A stretch of 64,000 nucleotides of DNA, taken from contig JAFQUQ010000026.1 in the NCBI GenBank assembly GCA_017408395.1, forward strand, positions 41,656 to 105,655, read 5' to 3'. Made by a program: the position numbers and the translations under genes. Position 1 is the first letter of the stretch; every line of letters begins with the position of its first letter. The DNA comes from Oscillospiraceae bacterium (GTDB taxonomy: Bacteria > Bacillota > Clostridia > Oscillospirales > Ruminococcaceae). The notes under the pieces are model-generated. The model searched no databases. It had not been told where the DNA came from and saw only the letters and a list, made by a program, of their open reading frames with translations. Below, piece after piece: positions 45,931 through 57,125 of this stretch.

Positions 45931-47152
45931 ACATCATCTTTCTTATGGTAGGCGCAAGCCTTGGCGAGCCTGCCGCTATTACCATTCCGTGCTTTCCTGC
46001 AAGAGATACCGCACGGGGCAGAGCATTTTTCAGATTAATCTCCTGCGCTTCACGGAACATTTCCGTAAGCTTGGGTGCAAACACGCTGTTTGACGCAAAG
46101 CCGTCCACGCACAAGCCTACATCTATATACCGTGTTATAAATCCAAGAGCCGCCTGCCAGTCGGTATCGTCACACATACCGCATATCATAATTTTAGGCT
46201 CGTTGGGAAGGGTGCGTATGAAATCGGCAAGGGCCTTCATTCTTTCCGGAGTATCCGCACTGTCAATGATTATAGTAGGATTTTCCACACTTACCGCCTG
46301 ACAGCGTGACGGCAGTATCGTGTCCTTTACACCGTCGAATATTTTACTGTATGTAATGGCAGGATAGCCGTGTTTGCGCAGAAAATCCAGTGCTTCTATT
46401 GCCGTAAGCGAATTTTCAAGCTGGTGTCTGCCCGCCATTGAGCAGATGTATTTGTTGCCTTTATAAGTAAACGTACTGCCGCCTATTCCCGTCTGCTTTA
46501 TGTGCAGCTTAAAATGCGACGGAGAAGCAAAGCCGCTGTTTACTGAAAGAGTTATACCGTTTACCACGTTTCTCGCAAGACGCTTGTTACTGTGTGCAAT
46601 TACAGCGGAGACGTTCTGTTTTACTATGCATGCGTATCCTCGGATAAGCTGTTCGTCGTCCTCGGCGGTGGTGATAACGGAAAGAACGGTGCTGTTCAGA
46701 GCTTCGGCAAGACCGTACATAATTCCGCTGTCTGCTTCAATAACGGCGGTGGTACAGCCCTTTGCGGCAATGCTTATAAATGCTGCTGCCATTGATATTT
46801 CCCTGCGTGTGCACTCAAAGCCGAGGGAGTCCACGATTGAAGACATCTCCTCTATAACAATGCACAGCTCCTCGTCGGAAAGGTTTGCACCGTTTGCGTG
46901 AATACAGTCACACAGAGAGTTTAAACAAGGGGATGAATATTCCCCCACAGCATATCCGGCATTAAAAAGGGCAGAGGAAATCATTCTCACGACGGAGCTT
47001 TTTCCGTGTGAGCCTGTAACGGTTATTATGTTGAATCTGTTCTGCGGATTTCCCAGAGCGTCCATAAGCATTCTGAAGCGTGAAGCGTCTTTTTTTATGG
47101 TACCGTAATCGGGAAAACGGTTTATATAGTTTATTGCATCGTAAATATTCAT
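45929..47152 (-). CDS. Mur-ligase family protein, FolC-like (folylpolyglutamate synthase paralogue with divergent motifs)
   Basis: It has a P-loop TVTGSHGKSS and the Mur-ligase central and C-terminal layout. EADSG occupies the position of the usual EVGLGG. Confidence 0.75.
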   Translation of the reverse strand: MNIYDAINYINRFPDYGTIKKDASRFRMLMDALGNPQNRFNIITVTGSHGKSSVVRMISSALFNAGYAVGEYSSPCLNSLCDCIHANGANLSDEELCIVIEEMSSIVDSLGFECTRREISMAAAFISIAAKGCTTAVIEADSGIMYGLAEALNSTVLSVITTAEDDEQLIRGYACIVKQNVSAVIAHSNKRLARNVVNGITLSVNSGFASPSHFKLHIKQTGIGGSTFTYKGNKYICSMAGRHQLENSLTAIEALDFLRKHGYPAITYSKIFDGVKDTILPSRCQAVSVENPTIIIDSADTPERMKALADFIRTLPNEPKIMICGMCDDTDWQAALGFITRYIDVGLCVDGFASNSVFAPKLTEMFREAQEINLKNALPRAVSLAGKHGMVIAAGSPRLAPTIRKMM

Positions 47153-47236
47153 ACCGCACCTGCTGTTTATTGAATTTATATAATTATAGCATATTCTGCG
47201 GTTTTAGTAAATAAAAAAATTTTTTTCAAAAACCCC

Positions 47237-47265
47237 TTGACAAAATGGAAAAGATGGTTTATTAT
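47237..47265 (+). promoter_or_regulatory. Sigma-A promoter of the GntR/ABC operon
   Basis: TTGACA, 17 nt, TATTAT. Confidence 0.65.
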
Positions 47266-47286
47266 TGTATTAGTCAATTAATACAA
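47265..47286 (+). promoter_or_regulatory. Palindromic operator, probable autoregulatory site of the YtrA-type GntR repressor
   Basis: TTGTATTA-gtcaat-TAATACAA has perfect 8-bp arms. It abuts the -10 element and covers the expected transcription start. Confidence 0.65.
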
Positions 47287-47308
47287 GAGTACAGAAAGGA
47301 GAATTGTG

Positions 47309-47677
47309 ATGCCCTGGAACTTTAATGACAGCTCACCGATTTATCAGCAGATTATGGAACATATCAAACTGAGCATTGCGGTGGGTGAATATAACGCAGG
47401 AGAGAAACTGATGGCTGTAAGAGAGCTTGCGGCGCTTGCGGAGGTCAATCCCAATACAATGCAGAAGGCGCTGTCCGAGCTTGAAAGAGAAGGTCTGCTC
47501 TACTCACAGCGTACATCGGGAAGATTTGTTACAGACGACAGCAGTAAAATCGCTGACCTGAGAAATAATCTTGCCAATGAGCAGATAGACTGGTTTATCA
47601 CTAAAATGAAACAGCTTGGCTACACTGCCGACGAAGCTGTTGAACAGCTTAAAAAACATATTGACAAACAGAAGTAA
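47309..47677 (+). CDS. GntR-family transcriptional regulator, YtrA subfamily
   Basis: It has the winged-HTH motif KLMAVRELAALAEVNPNTMQKALSELEREGL and a short C-terminal domain. AGGAGA lies 6 nt before the ATG. Confidence 0.92.
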   Translation: MPWNFNDSSPIYQQIMEHIKLSIAVGEYNAGEKLMAVRELAALAEVNPNTMQKALSELEREGLLYSQRTSGRFVTDDSSKIADLRNNLANEQIDWFITKMKQLGYTADEAVEQLKKHIDKQK

Positions 47678-47694
47678 ACGAAAGGAGTTTATAT

Positions 47695-48429
47695 ATGAGC
47701 GAAGAGATTATGAATACGGAAAACACTGCATCCGATACACTTGTATCCTGCAAGGGGTTATCTAAAAATTACGGAAGCAAGCTTGCTTTAAGCAATATAA
47801 ACCTTGACCTTGGCCGAGGAAAAATAATCGGTCTTCTCGGCCCGAACGGAAGCGGTAAAACCACCTTCATCAAGCTTTTAAGCGGCATACTTACACCTAC
47901 AACGGGCAGTATCGAAATTTCGGGAAATCCTATAGGAATTGAGACTAAAAAGGCAGTTTCCTACCTCCCAGAAAGAACTTACCTCAACGAGTGGATGAAC
48001 GTCAAGCAGATGATACAGTTCTTCAGCGATTTTTACGCTGATTTCAAACCCGATACAGCTTACGATATGCTGAAAAAGCTTAACATCAATCCCGAGGATA
48101 AGCTTAAGACAATGTCCAAGGGTACAAGAGAAAAGGTACAGCTTATTCTTGTAATGAGCAGAGAAGCTGAGCTTTATCTTCTCGACGAGCCTATCGGCGG
48201 CGTTGACCCTGCGGCAAGAGATTACATCATTAAAACTATTATAAACAATTACAACGAAAACGCATCCGTTATAATTTCCACACACCTTATTTCCGACATC
48301 GAGCACATCCTCGACGAGGTTATCTTCATCAAGGACAGCAATCTGGTTATGCATTCCACGGTTGACGAAATAAGAGAACAGCACGGCAAGTCCGTTGACG
48401 GTGTATTCAGGGAGGTATTTGCATGTTAG
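47695..48429 (+). CDS. ABC transporter ATP-binding protein (YtrB-like)
   Basis: Walker A is GPNGSGKTT and Walker B is LYLLDEP. The signature motif is degenerate (MSKGTREKV). Confidence 0.92.
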   Translation: MSEEIMNTENTASDTLVSCKGLSKNYGSKLALSNINLDLGRGKIIGLLGPNGSGKTTFIKLLSGILTPTTGSIEISGNPIGIETKKAVSYLPERTYLNEWMNVKQMIQFFSDFYADFKPDTAYDMLKKLNINPEDKLKTMSKGTREKVQLILVMSREAELYLLDEPIGGVDPAARDYIIKTIINNYNENASVIISTHLISDIEHILDEVIFIKDSNLVMHSTVDEIREQHGKSVDGVFREVFAC

Positions 48430-49238
48430 GTAAACTTATAAAATATGAGCTTATGGCGGAATGGAAAAAGTACGCTATGATTTTTGTGGGACTGGTGTTC
48501 CTTGCGCTGTCCTTCCTTATCTTAAACAGGGGCATAGGCTCTCTGGGTGATTTCCTTATCGTTGACCTTTTAAGCGGTCTTGTTATCGGTGCATTTATCC
48601 TTCTCTGCTTTGCGGCATTTGTTATGCTGTTTGTGTTCACAACAATCAGAACCTACAAGAACCTTTTCAGGGACGAGGGCTATCTGATGCACACCCTTCC
48701 CGTTAAACCCTGGGAACACATTGCTTCAAAGGTGATTGCATTTTACGTATGGTCAATTGCTACAACTATCGTAGTTATTATATCTGCACTTATTGCAATA
48801 GGCGATGTAAGCTGGATTCCTATGATAGCCGAAGAATTTAAGAAAGTCATTGCAATAACCGAGCTTTCAGACCCGGGATTTACAGAATTCTGGAACGGTT
48901 TAATGTGGTATATGGGTATCTGTCTTATTCTCTACCCTTTCCTTATGCAGATCTACATCAATTTCTGTCTTGCTGTGGGAAGCCTTTTCAACACACATAA
49001 GCTTATTATGGCAGTCGTGACATTTATCGGCGTAAACACTGTAAGTCAGGTTATTTCAAGCATTGTAATGTTTATAACGGCTGGCTCTCAGATGTTCAAC
49101 GAAGACGCTCCTGCTGCAGTTATGCTTGAAACAATGAGCAGCTTCTACATCTTCACTGCGATATTCTGCATAATTATTTACGGAGCAATGCTCTGGGCAA
49201 CAAACTTTATTATGAACAAAAAGCTTAATCTTGAATAA
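48423..49238 (+). CDS. Six-TM membrane component of the ABC system (ABC-2-like)
   Basis: It overlaps the ATPase gene by 7 nt. Based on the hydrophobic profile. Confidence 0.8.
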   Translation: MLGKLIKYELMAEWKKYAMIFVGLVFLALSFLILNRGIGSLGDFLIVDLLSGLVIGAFILLCFAAFVMLFVFTTIRTYKNLFRDEGYLMHTLPVKPWEHIASKVIAFYVWSIATTIVVIISALIAIGDVSWIPMIAEEFKKVIAITELSDPGFTEFWNGLMWYMGICLILYPFLMQIYINFCLAVGSLFNTHKLIMAVVTFIGVNTVSQVISSIVMFITAGSQMFNEDAPAAVMLETMSSFYIFTAIFCIIIYGAMLWATNFIMNKKLNLE

Positions 49239-49250
49239 GAGGTGTTATTT

Positions 49251-49646
49251 ATGAAAGCAAGACTTATTTTAACCGTTGTAATGCTTGCTGTGCTTATGGT
49301 ATTCACAAACTGCACAGCTGACTCTTCGACCGCTGTAATGTGCGTTGAAACAAACACCGCTGACGGCTGGCAGATGAGCGTTCAGAAGCTCGACGGTACA
49401 AAAACTGTAAATCTGAACTCAAAGACGGACGGCAAGGCTTACACAGCAGACGTAAAGGTTTCCGCAGACAACGGTACTCTTGTGGTGGAATTCATCGACA
49501 AAAGAGGAAACGCTGTCTTTACATCGGGCATAATCGACGGAAACGAGACCCTTACAGCAGAACTTCCTGCAAGTGCTTATAAAATGAGACTTTCCGCAGA
49601 AGATTTCGGCGGTATGGTTGAAGCGTCCGTTTCTGTTTCGGAATAA
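49251..49646 (+). CDS. Small lipoprotein of unknown function
   Basis: The signal peptide carries the lipobox VFTNC. AAGAGGTG lies 6 nt before the ATG at 49251. Confidence 0.75.
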   Translation: MKARLILTVVMLAVLMVFTNCTADSSTAVMCVETNTADGWQMSVQKLDGTKTVNLNSKTDGKAYTADVKVSADNGTLVVEFIDKRGNAVFTSGIIDGNETLTAELPASAYKMRLSAEDFGGMVEASVSVSE

Positions 49647-49679
49647 CTCCCTTTTTCCTTTTCATATATTATAAAAGCA

Positions 49680-49715
49680 GTGTCCATATCTGAATAAGAT
49701 ATGGACACCGTTTTC
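49680..49715 (+). terminator. Intrinsic terminator after the lipoprotein gene
   Basis: GTGTCCATATC-tgaataa-GATATGGACAC followed by CGTTTT. Confidence 0.7.
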
Positions 49716-49729
49716 TGAGGAGATTTGAA

Positions 49730-50512
49730 ATGAAAAACATAGTTAAATCAATAGGATTTATCCTGCTGTATTTTGCGGTTAATTTTGCCGCACAGGTGAT
49801 TATCAGTATTCCCGCAGCGGCAAAAGACCCTGACGGACTGAACTTATGGATGAACAATAATATGCTTCTGATTTCGGCAATTTCCAATGTGGTCACGGTG
49901 ATTGTATTTGCTGTAATATTCAAGCTCAGAAAAACAAGCATTAAAGAAGAATGGAAGCTTAATAAAATCAGTATAAAAAATGCCGTACTCCCTCTTGTGA
50001 CAGCCTTCACATTTTCATCTGCTTTTTCTCTGCTGACTTACAATATGTCATTCAACAATATGAATATGATTTCAGCAAGCGTTGATTATTACGCCTCGGT
50101 GTGGAAACCGCTCGGGATAATTATGATGGCTTTTTCCGTTCTTGTAATGGCACCGATTTCGGAAGAAGTGCTGTGCAGAGGTATCATTTTCACACGAATT
50201 GAAAAAAGCTTCTCCCCCGTCACTGCGCTTGTTCTCAGCTCGATCTTTTTTGGTCTGATGCACATATCCGCAGGTGGTGTGGTGTTATCTGTGGGAGCAA
50301 TATTTATGGCGTCGGTATTCGGGCTTATTTTCCTTAAAACAAAATCCCTGCCTCTTTCGATACTTGCACATACAGCAGCAAATCTGCCCGATTTTATAAT
50401 GTTCAGCCACCCTGAATTGAATGATACATTCCGTATTTCTGCGGCAATTGTTCTTTTTACTGTATCAGCAGCCTGCATTGTCATTATGTGCAGAAAAAAA
50501 TATGAAGTTTAA
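49730..50512 (+). CDS. CPBP-family intramembrane glutamic endopeptidase (CAAX protease-like)
   Basis: It has the three motifs EEVLCRG, FGLMH and HTAANL in the canonical order. Confidence 0.9.
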   Translation: MKNIVKSIGFILLYFAVNFAAQVIISIPAAAKDPDGLNLWMNNNMLLISAISNVVTVIVFAVIFKLRKTSIKEEWKLNKISIKNAVLPLVTAFTFSSAFSLLTYNMSFNNMNMISASVDYYASVWKPLGIIMMAFSVLVMAPISEEVLCRGIIFTRIEKSFSPVTALVLSSIFFGLMHISAGGVVLSVGAIFMASVFGLIFLKTKSLPLSILAHTAANLPDFIMFSHPELNDTFRISAAIVLFTVSAACIVIMCRKKYEV

Positions 50513-50517
50513 GCTTT

Positions 50518-50553
50518 ATCCGTACCTGTTTTTCAGATACGGATTTGCTTTTT
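50518..50553 (+). terminator. Probable intrinsic terminator after the CPBP gene
   Basis: ATCCGTA, a 13-nt loop, TACGGAT, followed by TTGCTTTTT. Confidence 0.5.
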
Positions 50554-50695
50554 GCATAAAATGTTGTAAGTTCAGGTGCAGTTTCATATAATTTGAATAT
50601 ATACCCATCATATTATAATTCGCACAATTAACACAACTAACCTTGACAATCATTGTGCATATTGCTAAAGTTTTGCGTAAAATATGTGAAAAGAC

Positions 50696-50723
50696 TTGAT
50701 TTTTACTGTGATGTGGGTAAAAT
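50696..50723 (+). promoter_or_regulatory. Sigma-A promoter of groES-groEL
   Basis: TTGATT, 16 nt, TAAAAT, immediately upstream of CIRCE. Confidence 0.6.
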
Positions 50724-50728
50724 AGTAT

Positions 50729-50755
50729 TTAGCACTCGGACAGAAAGAGTGCTAA
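50729..50755 (+). promoter_or_regulatory. CIRCE operator (HrcA binding site)
   Basis: TTAGCACTC-ggacagaaa-GAGTGCTAA is a perfect match to the TTAGCACTC-N9-GAGTGCTAA consensus. Confidence 0.95.
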
Positions 50756-50770
50756 CAAAGTAAAGTTTAA

Positions 50771-51094
<324 letters not shown>

Positions 51095-51117
51095 TTTAAA
51101 CTTTTATACTATATTAA

Positions 51118-52764
<1,647 letters not shown>

Positions 52765-52787
52765 GATTGAATTCATTCCTCATAAAC

Positions 52788-52826
52788 AAGAAGCTCCGCA
52801 GATTTTATTCTGCGGAGCTTTTGATT
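52788..52826. terminator. Bidirectional terminator between groEL and degV
   Basis: AAGCTCCGCAG-attttatt-CTGCGGAGCTT. Confidence 0.8.
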
Positions 52827-53689
52827 TATCTTTTTACACCTATGAAGAAAAGTGCAACCGTACCCGGACCCGAATGTGAACCTACAACGGGACCTACAAA
52901 ATTCATAACGGATTTCTTTATTCCGAAACGCTTTTTTATTTCGTCAACAACAAACTGAGCGTCTTCCTTGCAGTCACCGTGAGAAATCGTAAAATACGGA
53001 TTTTCAACATCACCCATCTGCTCAGCCATCATATTTACCATTTCCTTAAGAGCCTGCTTTCTGCCCCTGATTTTTTTCACAGGCACAAGCTTGCCCTCAT
53101 CACTTACGTGAAGTATGGGCTTTATTCCAAGAATAGAGCCTGCAACAGCGGCGGTCTTGGAAACACGTCCTCCTCTGTGAAGGAACATCAGGTCGTCAAC
53201 AGTGAAAATCTGTATAACGCTTCCTCTGAATTCCTCTGCCCACTTGCAGAGTTCTTCGGCAGAAAGCCCCTCTGCCTTCTTTTCGGCAGCCTTCATAACA
53301 AACAGGCCCTCGCCCATAGAGGCACTTAAAGTATCAAAAACATAAACCTTATTATCCTTGTACTCCTCGTTAAGCTCCTCTGCAATATTCTGTACAGATG
53401 CACAGGTGCCGCTTAAAGCTGACGAGAAAACAAACATAACCACGTCCTTGCCGCTGTCGAGGTGCCTTCTGAAGCACTCCTCAACATCAGCTCTTGAAAG
53501 CTGTGATGTACGTGTCACTCTTCCCTCTCTCATCTGCTTGTAAAATTCCTTTATGTCAATCTGATTGACATTTGTATACTGGTCATCATCAACGGAAAAA
53601 GGAAAATTCAGAACCTCTATATCATTTTCAATGCAGTATTTCTCGGGCAGGTCTGCTGTCATATCCGTAACAATTTTATAATCAGCCAT
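52826..53689 (-). CDS. DegV-family fatty-acid-binding protein
   Basis: The N-terminus is IVTDMTADLP. It also has the TSQLS and GPGTVALFF motifs. Confidence 0.92.
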   Translation of the reverse strand: MADYKIVTDMTADLPEKYCIENDIEVLNFPFSVDDDQYTNVNQIDIKEFYKQMREGRVTRTSQLSRADVEECFRRHLDSGKDVVMFVFSSALSGTCASVQNIAEELNEEYKDNKVYVFDTLSASMGEGLFVMKAAEKKAEGLSAEELCKWAEEFRGSVIQIFTVDDLMFLHRGGRVSKTAAVAGSILGIKPILHVSDEGKLVPVKKIRGRKQALKEMVNMMAEQMGDVENPYFTISHGDCKEDAQFVVDEIKKRFGIKKSVMNFVGPVVGSHSGPGTVALFFIGVKR

Positions 53690-53913
53690 AAGCGTTTTCC
53701 CTCCGTGGACTTTATTGATAATTTTAATTAGTATAACACATTCGCTCTGAAATTACAAGCAATTTGCACAAATTTACTTATTAATCATCAAAATATATAG
53801 CACAATTGCATTATTTTCTGCATTTTTCACAATATCCCGAAATTTTAATCCGCAAATCAAATGACAAAATGCAAAGATTGTGCTATAATTATAAAAAAGC
53901 GGAGGGGAAATTT

Positions 53914-54663
53914 ATGCTTGGAAGAATACATTCAACCGAAAGCTTCGGAACTGTTGACGGTCCGGGCGTAAGATACGTGGTTTTTATGCAGGGCTGTCCT
54001 ATGAGATGCCTTTACTGCCACAACCCCGACACATGGGAGCACAGCAAAGGAACTGAAATGTCCGTTGAGGAAATACTTGCCGATTACGACAGCTGCAAGG
54101 AATTCCTTAAAAACGGCGGTCTGACCGTTACAGGCGGCGAGCCGCTTATGCAGATAGAATTTGTAACTGAGCTTTTTGAAGAAGCACACAAGCGTGGAAT
54201 TCATACCTGCCTTGATACCTCCGGCGTAACCTTCCGCCGTGATAATGAAAAAATCCTTGCTCAGTTTAATAAGCTTCTTGAATATACCGACCTTGTTATG
54301 CTTGATATAAAGCACATCGACAATGACGAGCATAAAAAGCTTACCGCACACGGCAACACGGATATTCTGGATTTTGCGCTTTTTCTTAAAGAAAAAAATG
54401 TGCCTGTCTGGATACGTCACGTTGTTGTGCCGCAGATTACAGATGATGAAAATTCGCTTTACCGTCTCGGAAATTTTATCGGCGGCTTAAGCAATCTTAA
54501 AGCGATCGATGTGCTTCCGTATCACGATTTAGGCAGGGAAAAGTACGAAAATCTCGGTATTCCCTACCCACTCGGCAATACGCCGCCACTTGACAAATCC
54601 GAAGCGGTCAGGGCACGTGATATTATTATGAACGGAATAAAAGACCGCCTGCGTAATGATTAA
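53914..54663 (+). CDS. pflA: Glycyl-radical enzyme activating protein (pyruvate formate-lyase activase type)
   Basis: It has STESFGTVDGPGVRYVVFMQGCPMRCLYCHNPDTW (the CX3CX2C radical-SAM cluster). GGAGGGG lies before the ATG at 53914, so the ORF-track extension is rejected. Confidence 0.92.
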   Translation: MLGRIHSTESFGTVDGPGVRYVVFMQGCPMRCLYCHNPDTWEHSKGTEMSVEEILADYDSCKEFLKNGGLTVTGGEPLMQIEFVTELFEEAHKRGIHTCLDTSGVTFRRDNEKILAQFNKLLEYTDLVMLDIKHIDNDEHKKLTAHGNTDILDFALFLKEKNVPVWIRHVVVPQITDDENSLYRLGNFIGGLSNLKAIDVLPYHDLGREKYENLGIPYPLGNTPPLDKSEAVRARDIIMNGIKDRLRND

Positions 54664-54674
54664 AAGGAAATGCT

Positions 54675-55166
54675 ATGGACAACAATGAAAAAAAGAAAAA
54701 AATAAAAATGCTCGAAGAAGAAATCGAGCTTATGCAGAAGGACCACGCTGAAACCTTCGGCTACAAGCTTCCTAAAAAAATAAAGCTTACCCCTGCCGAC
54801 GGTATAATTTTTATTGTGGGAATTATGCTTATTGTCACAGGTCTTGTGTGGGCAGCCTGCAATATCAGCTTTCTTAACGGTCTTGCACTTTTCAGCACGG
54901 GCGGAGTACGCTTTTTCAAGAGCTTATATTCCCTGCCTCTGATAATCGGTATTGCGTCACTTATCCTGTGCAAACGCAAGCGTATTCCTGCGCTGATTAC
55001 GGCTGTGGGATTTGCTTTAAGCCTGTGGGAAACATTTTCGGTGATAGATTTTTCTCAAAGCAGTCCCCTTGCTGTGATAATGACAATTGCCGTAATAATC
55101 GGAACGGTTATGGTATGTTTTCCTGCGGTAAAATTCTTTCTGAAAACATCGGAAGATAAAGATTAA
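54675..55166 (+). CDS. Membrane protein of unknown function (4 TM)
   Basis: A lysine-rich N-terminus is followed by hydrophobic helices. It lies 11 nt after pflA. Confidence 0.65.
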   Translation: MDNNEKKKKIKMLEEEIELMQKDHAETFGYKLPKKIKLTPADGIIFIVGIMLIVTGLVWAACNISFLNGLALFSTGGVRFFKSLYSLPLIIGIASLILCKRKRIPALITAVGFALSLWETFSVIDFSQSSPLAVIMTIAVIIGTVMVCFPAVKFFLKTSEDKD

Positions 55167-55184
55167 ACATAATTCTATAAATGT

Positions 55185-55217
55185 AAAAAGTCCGACAGTA
55201 CATCGGACTTTTTTTAT
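55185..55217. terminator. Bidirectional terminator between convergent genes
   Basis: AAAAAGTCCGA-cagtaca-TCGGACTTTTT. Confidence 0.8.
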
Positions 55218-55228
55218 TCTTAAACTTA

Positions 55229-56458
55229 TCAGACTTTTCCGAACACCGCCGTTACATACATATAACCGTCCTTTATTTCCGCAAAAATATCTCCGTTCAT
55301 CTTGTGCATAAGCTGACGGCAGATGTATAGTCCAAGGCCGCTGCCTTTCTGATTTTCAGCATTTTCACCTCTCCAGAAGCTGTCAAAAATATGGGGCAGA
55401 TCCGTATCAGGCAGGGAGCATCCGCTGTTCTTTACAGTAACAAGAGCACAGCCGTCCTCCTCGGAAAAGCTTATATCAACACTCTTCCCGTCACCGTATT
55501 TTACGGCGTTTTCCATTATATTCTGTATAACCTCAACGCTCCTGTCTGCATCGCCGCTTATAAGACAATCGGCATAACCTCCCACCGTAAAATCCGTCTT
55601 TAAAAGGGACAGCTTTTCGGCGTAGTAAACACTGATTTTGCTTACAAGCTCAGACAGATAGAACTCACCGTTGTTTACTTCAAGGCTTAAAAAATCCTCT
55701 CTCGATGCTGTGATGATTTCCGAAACATAGCTTTCTATCTCGTCTGCCTTTGCGTTGATGCTTTCAGCAATTTCAAGCTGTTTTTCGGGACTTGTGTAAA
55801 GCCCCTTCGACAGCGCCTTTGAATAAAGCTTTATAGCTGACAGAGGCGTTTTTATATCGTGAGAAAGGGACAGAAGCAGCATTTTCTTATCCTTCTGAAG
55901 TTTGAGTTCACGCTCCTTCTGCTGCTCCATATTTTCACGGAGCATATCCACACCCCAGATAAAGCGTCCGAAAAAGCGGTTCTTTGTTTCCTTTACGGGC
56001 GAAATAAGATTACCCTTTGACAATTCATAGGGCACATCGGTAAGCTGCTCAAAGGGTCTGAGAATTTTCACCCGTATGTAAATCATTACCGCAATAATCA
56101 GAACCGCCATAATTCCGAGAATAATATTTACGGTAAAAATCAGCGTTGTTCTGTGAGAATTGTCATCCGTGACGTAATCGAAACGGTACAGCTCACCGTT
56201 TATTTCCCTGATAACATAATCGCTGGCGGCATTGTAAAAATTCCCGCCGTATTTTTCAACAGCCGTCACATATTTGCATTCTGACAGGCTGATATTTTCA
56301 AGGCTGTTATTTTCGAGCTGACGTACAAGTCGGCTCACTTCCACAAGATAGGGTCTGCCGCCGTCGCTTTTTTCTGTAAACAGCACTGCATTTGCGGCAA
56401 TAAACAAAACGATTATCACAGCCGTCACGACCGCAGAAATCCTGTTAAACGCTTTCAT
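55229..56458 (-). CDS. Sensor histidine kinase (2 TM flanking a roughly 75-aa extracytoplasmic loop, HisKA, HATPase_c)
   Basis: H-box LSHDIKTPLS, N-box ENAVKYG and G-box GSGLGLYICRQL. Confidence 0.92.
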   Translation of the reverse strand: MKAFNRISAVVTAVIIVLFIAANAVLFTEKSDGGRPYLVEVSRLVRQLENNSLENISLSECKYVTAVEKYGGNFYNAASDYVIREINGELYRFDYVTDDNSHRTTLIFTVNIILGIMAVLIIAVMIYIRVKILRPFEQLTDVPYELSKGNLISPVKETKNRFFGRFIWGVDMLRENMEQQKERELKLQKDKKMLLLSLSHDIKTPLSAIKLYSKALSKGLYTSPEKQLEIAESINAKADEIESYVSEIITASREDFLSLEVNNGEFYLSELVSKISVYYAEKLSLLKTDFTVGGYADCLISGDADRSVEVIQNIMENAVKYGDGKSVDISFSEEDGCALVTVKNSGCSLPDTDLPHIFDSFWRGENAENQKGSGLGLYICRQLMHKMNGDIFAEIKDGYMYVTAVFGKV

Positions 56459-57113
56459 ATTTGTAACCTACTCCCCACGCTGTCAGGATACGCTTTGGAT
56501 TTTTCGGGTCATCCTCGATTTTCTGACGAAGCCATTTTATGTGTACGGTCAGGGTCTGCTGTTCGGAAAAGCTGTCGCTTCCCCATATCTGATTGAAAAT
56601 ATATTCCTTGCTCAGGGTCTTGCCCTTGTTTTCGATAAAAAGCGTCAGCAGGTCAAATTCCTTTGCGGTCATTTCAATCTGCACATCATTTTTATAAACT
56701 GTACGGCTGATTTTATTTAACTTAATATCACCGTCAATAAGCTCGTCAAGTGCGTATCTTCGCTTAAAGATACCGCCTATTTTTGCAAGCATAATATCAA
56801 TATCATACGGCTTTTCAATATAGTCGTCAGCACCCAGCACAAGCCCGTTGAGCTTGTCCTCCTTATCCGTCTTTGCGCTTACGATAAGAATGGGCGTGTT
56901 ACTTTCCTCACGGATTTTTTTACACACCGCAAAGCCGTCTATTCCGGGCAGCATTATATCAAGCACAATAAGCCTGGCGCCGTATTTTTCATACAGCGAC
57001 AAGGCTTTTTCTCCTGTTTCCGCAACCGATACGGTGTAATTTTCGTCACGGAGAAAATCACACAGCAATTCTGCAATCTCTTTGTTATCTTCAACTATAA
57101 GTATGTCGGTCAT
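56445..57113 (-). CDS. OmpR-family response regulator
   Basis: It has a receiver domain (LIVLDIMLPGIDG) and a winged-helix output (LTVHIKWLRQKIE). It overlaps the kinase gene by 14 nt. Confidence 0.95.
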   Translation of the reverse strand: MTDILIVEDNKEIAELLCDFLRDENYTVSVAETGEKALSLYEKYGARLIVLDIMLPGIDGFAVCKKIREESNTPILIVSAKTDKEDKLNGLVLGADDYIEKPYDIDIMLAKIGGIFKRRYALDELIDGDIKLNKISRTVYKNDVQIEMTAKEFDLLTLFIENKGKTLSKEYIFNQIWGSDSFSEQQTLTVHIKWLRQKIEDDPKNPKRILTAWGVGYKYESV

Positions 57114-57125
57114 AAAAGCTACCTC

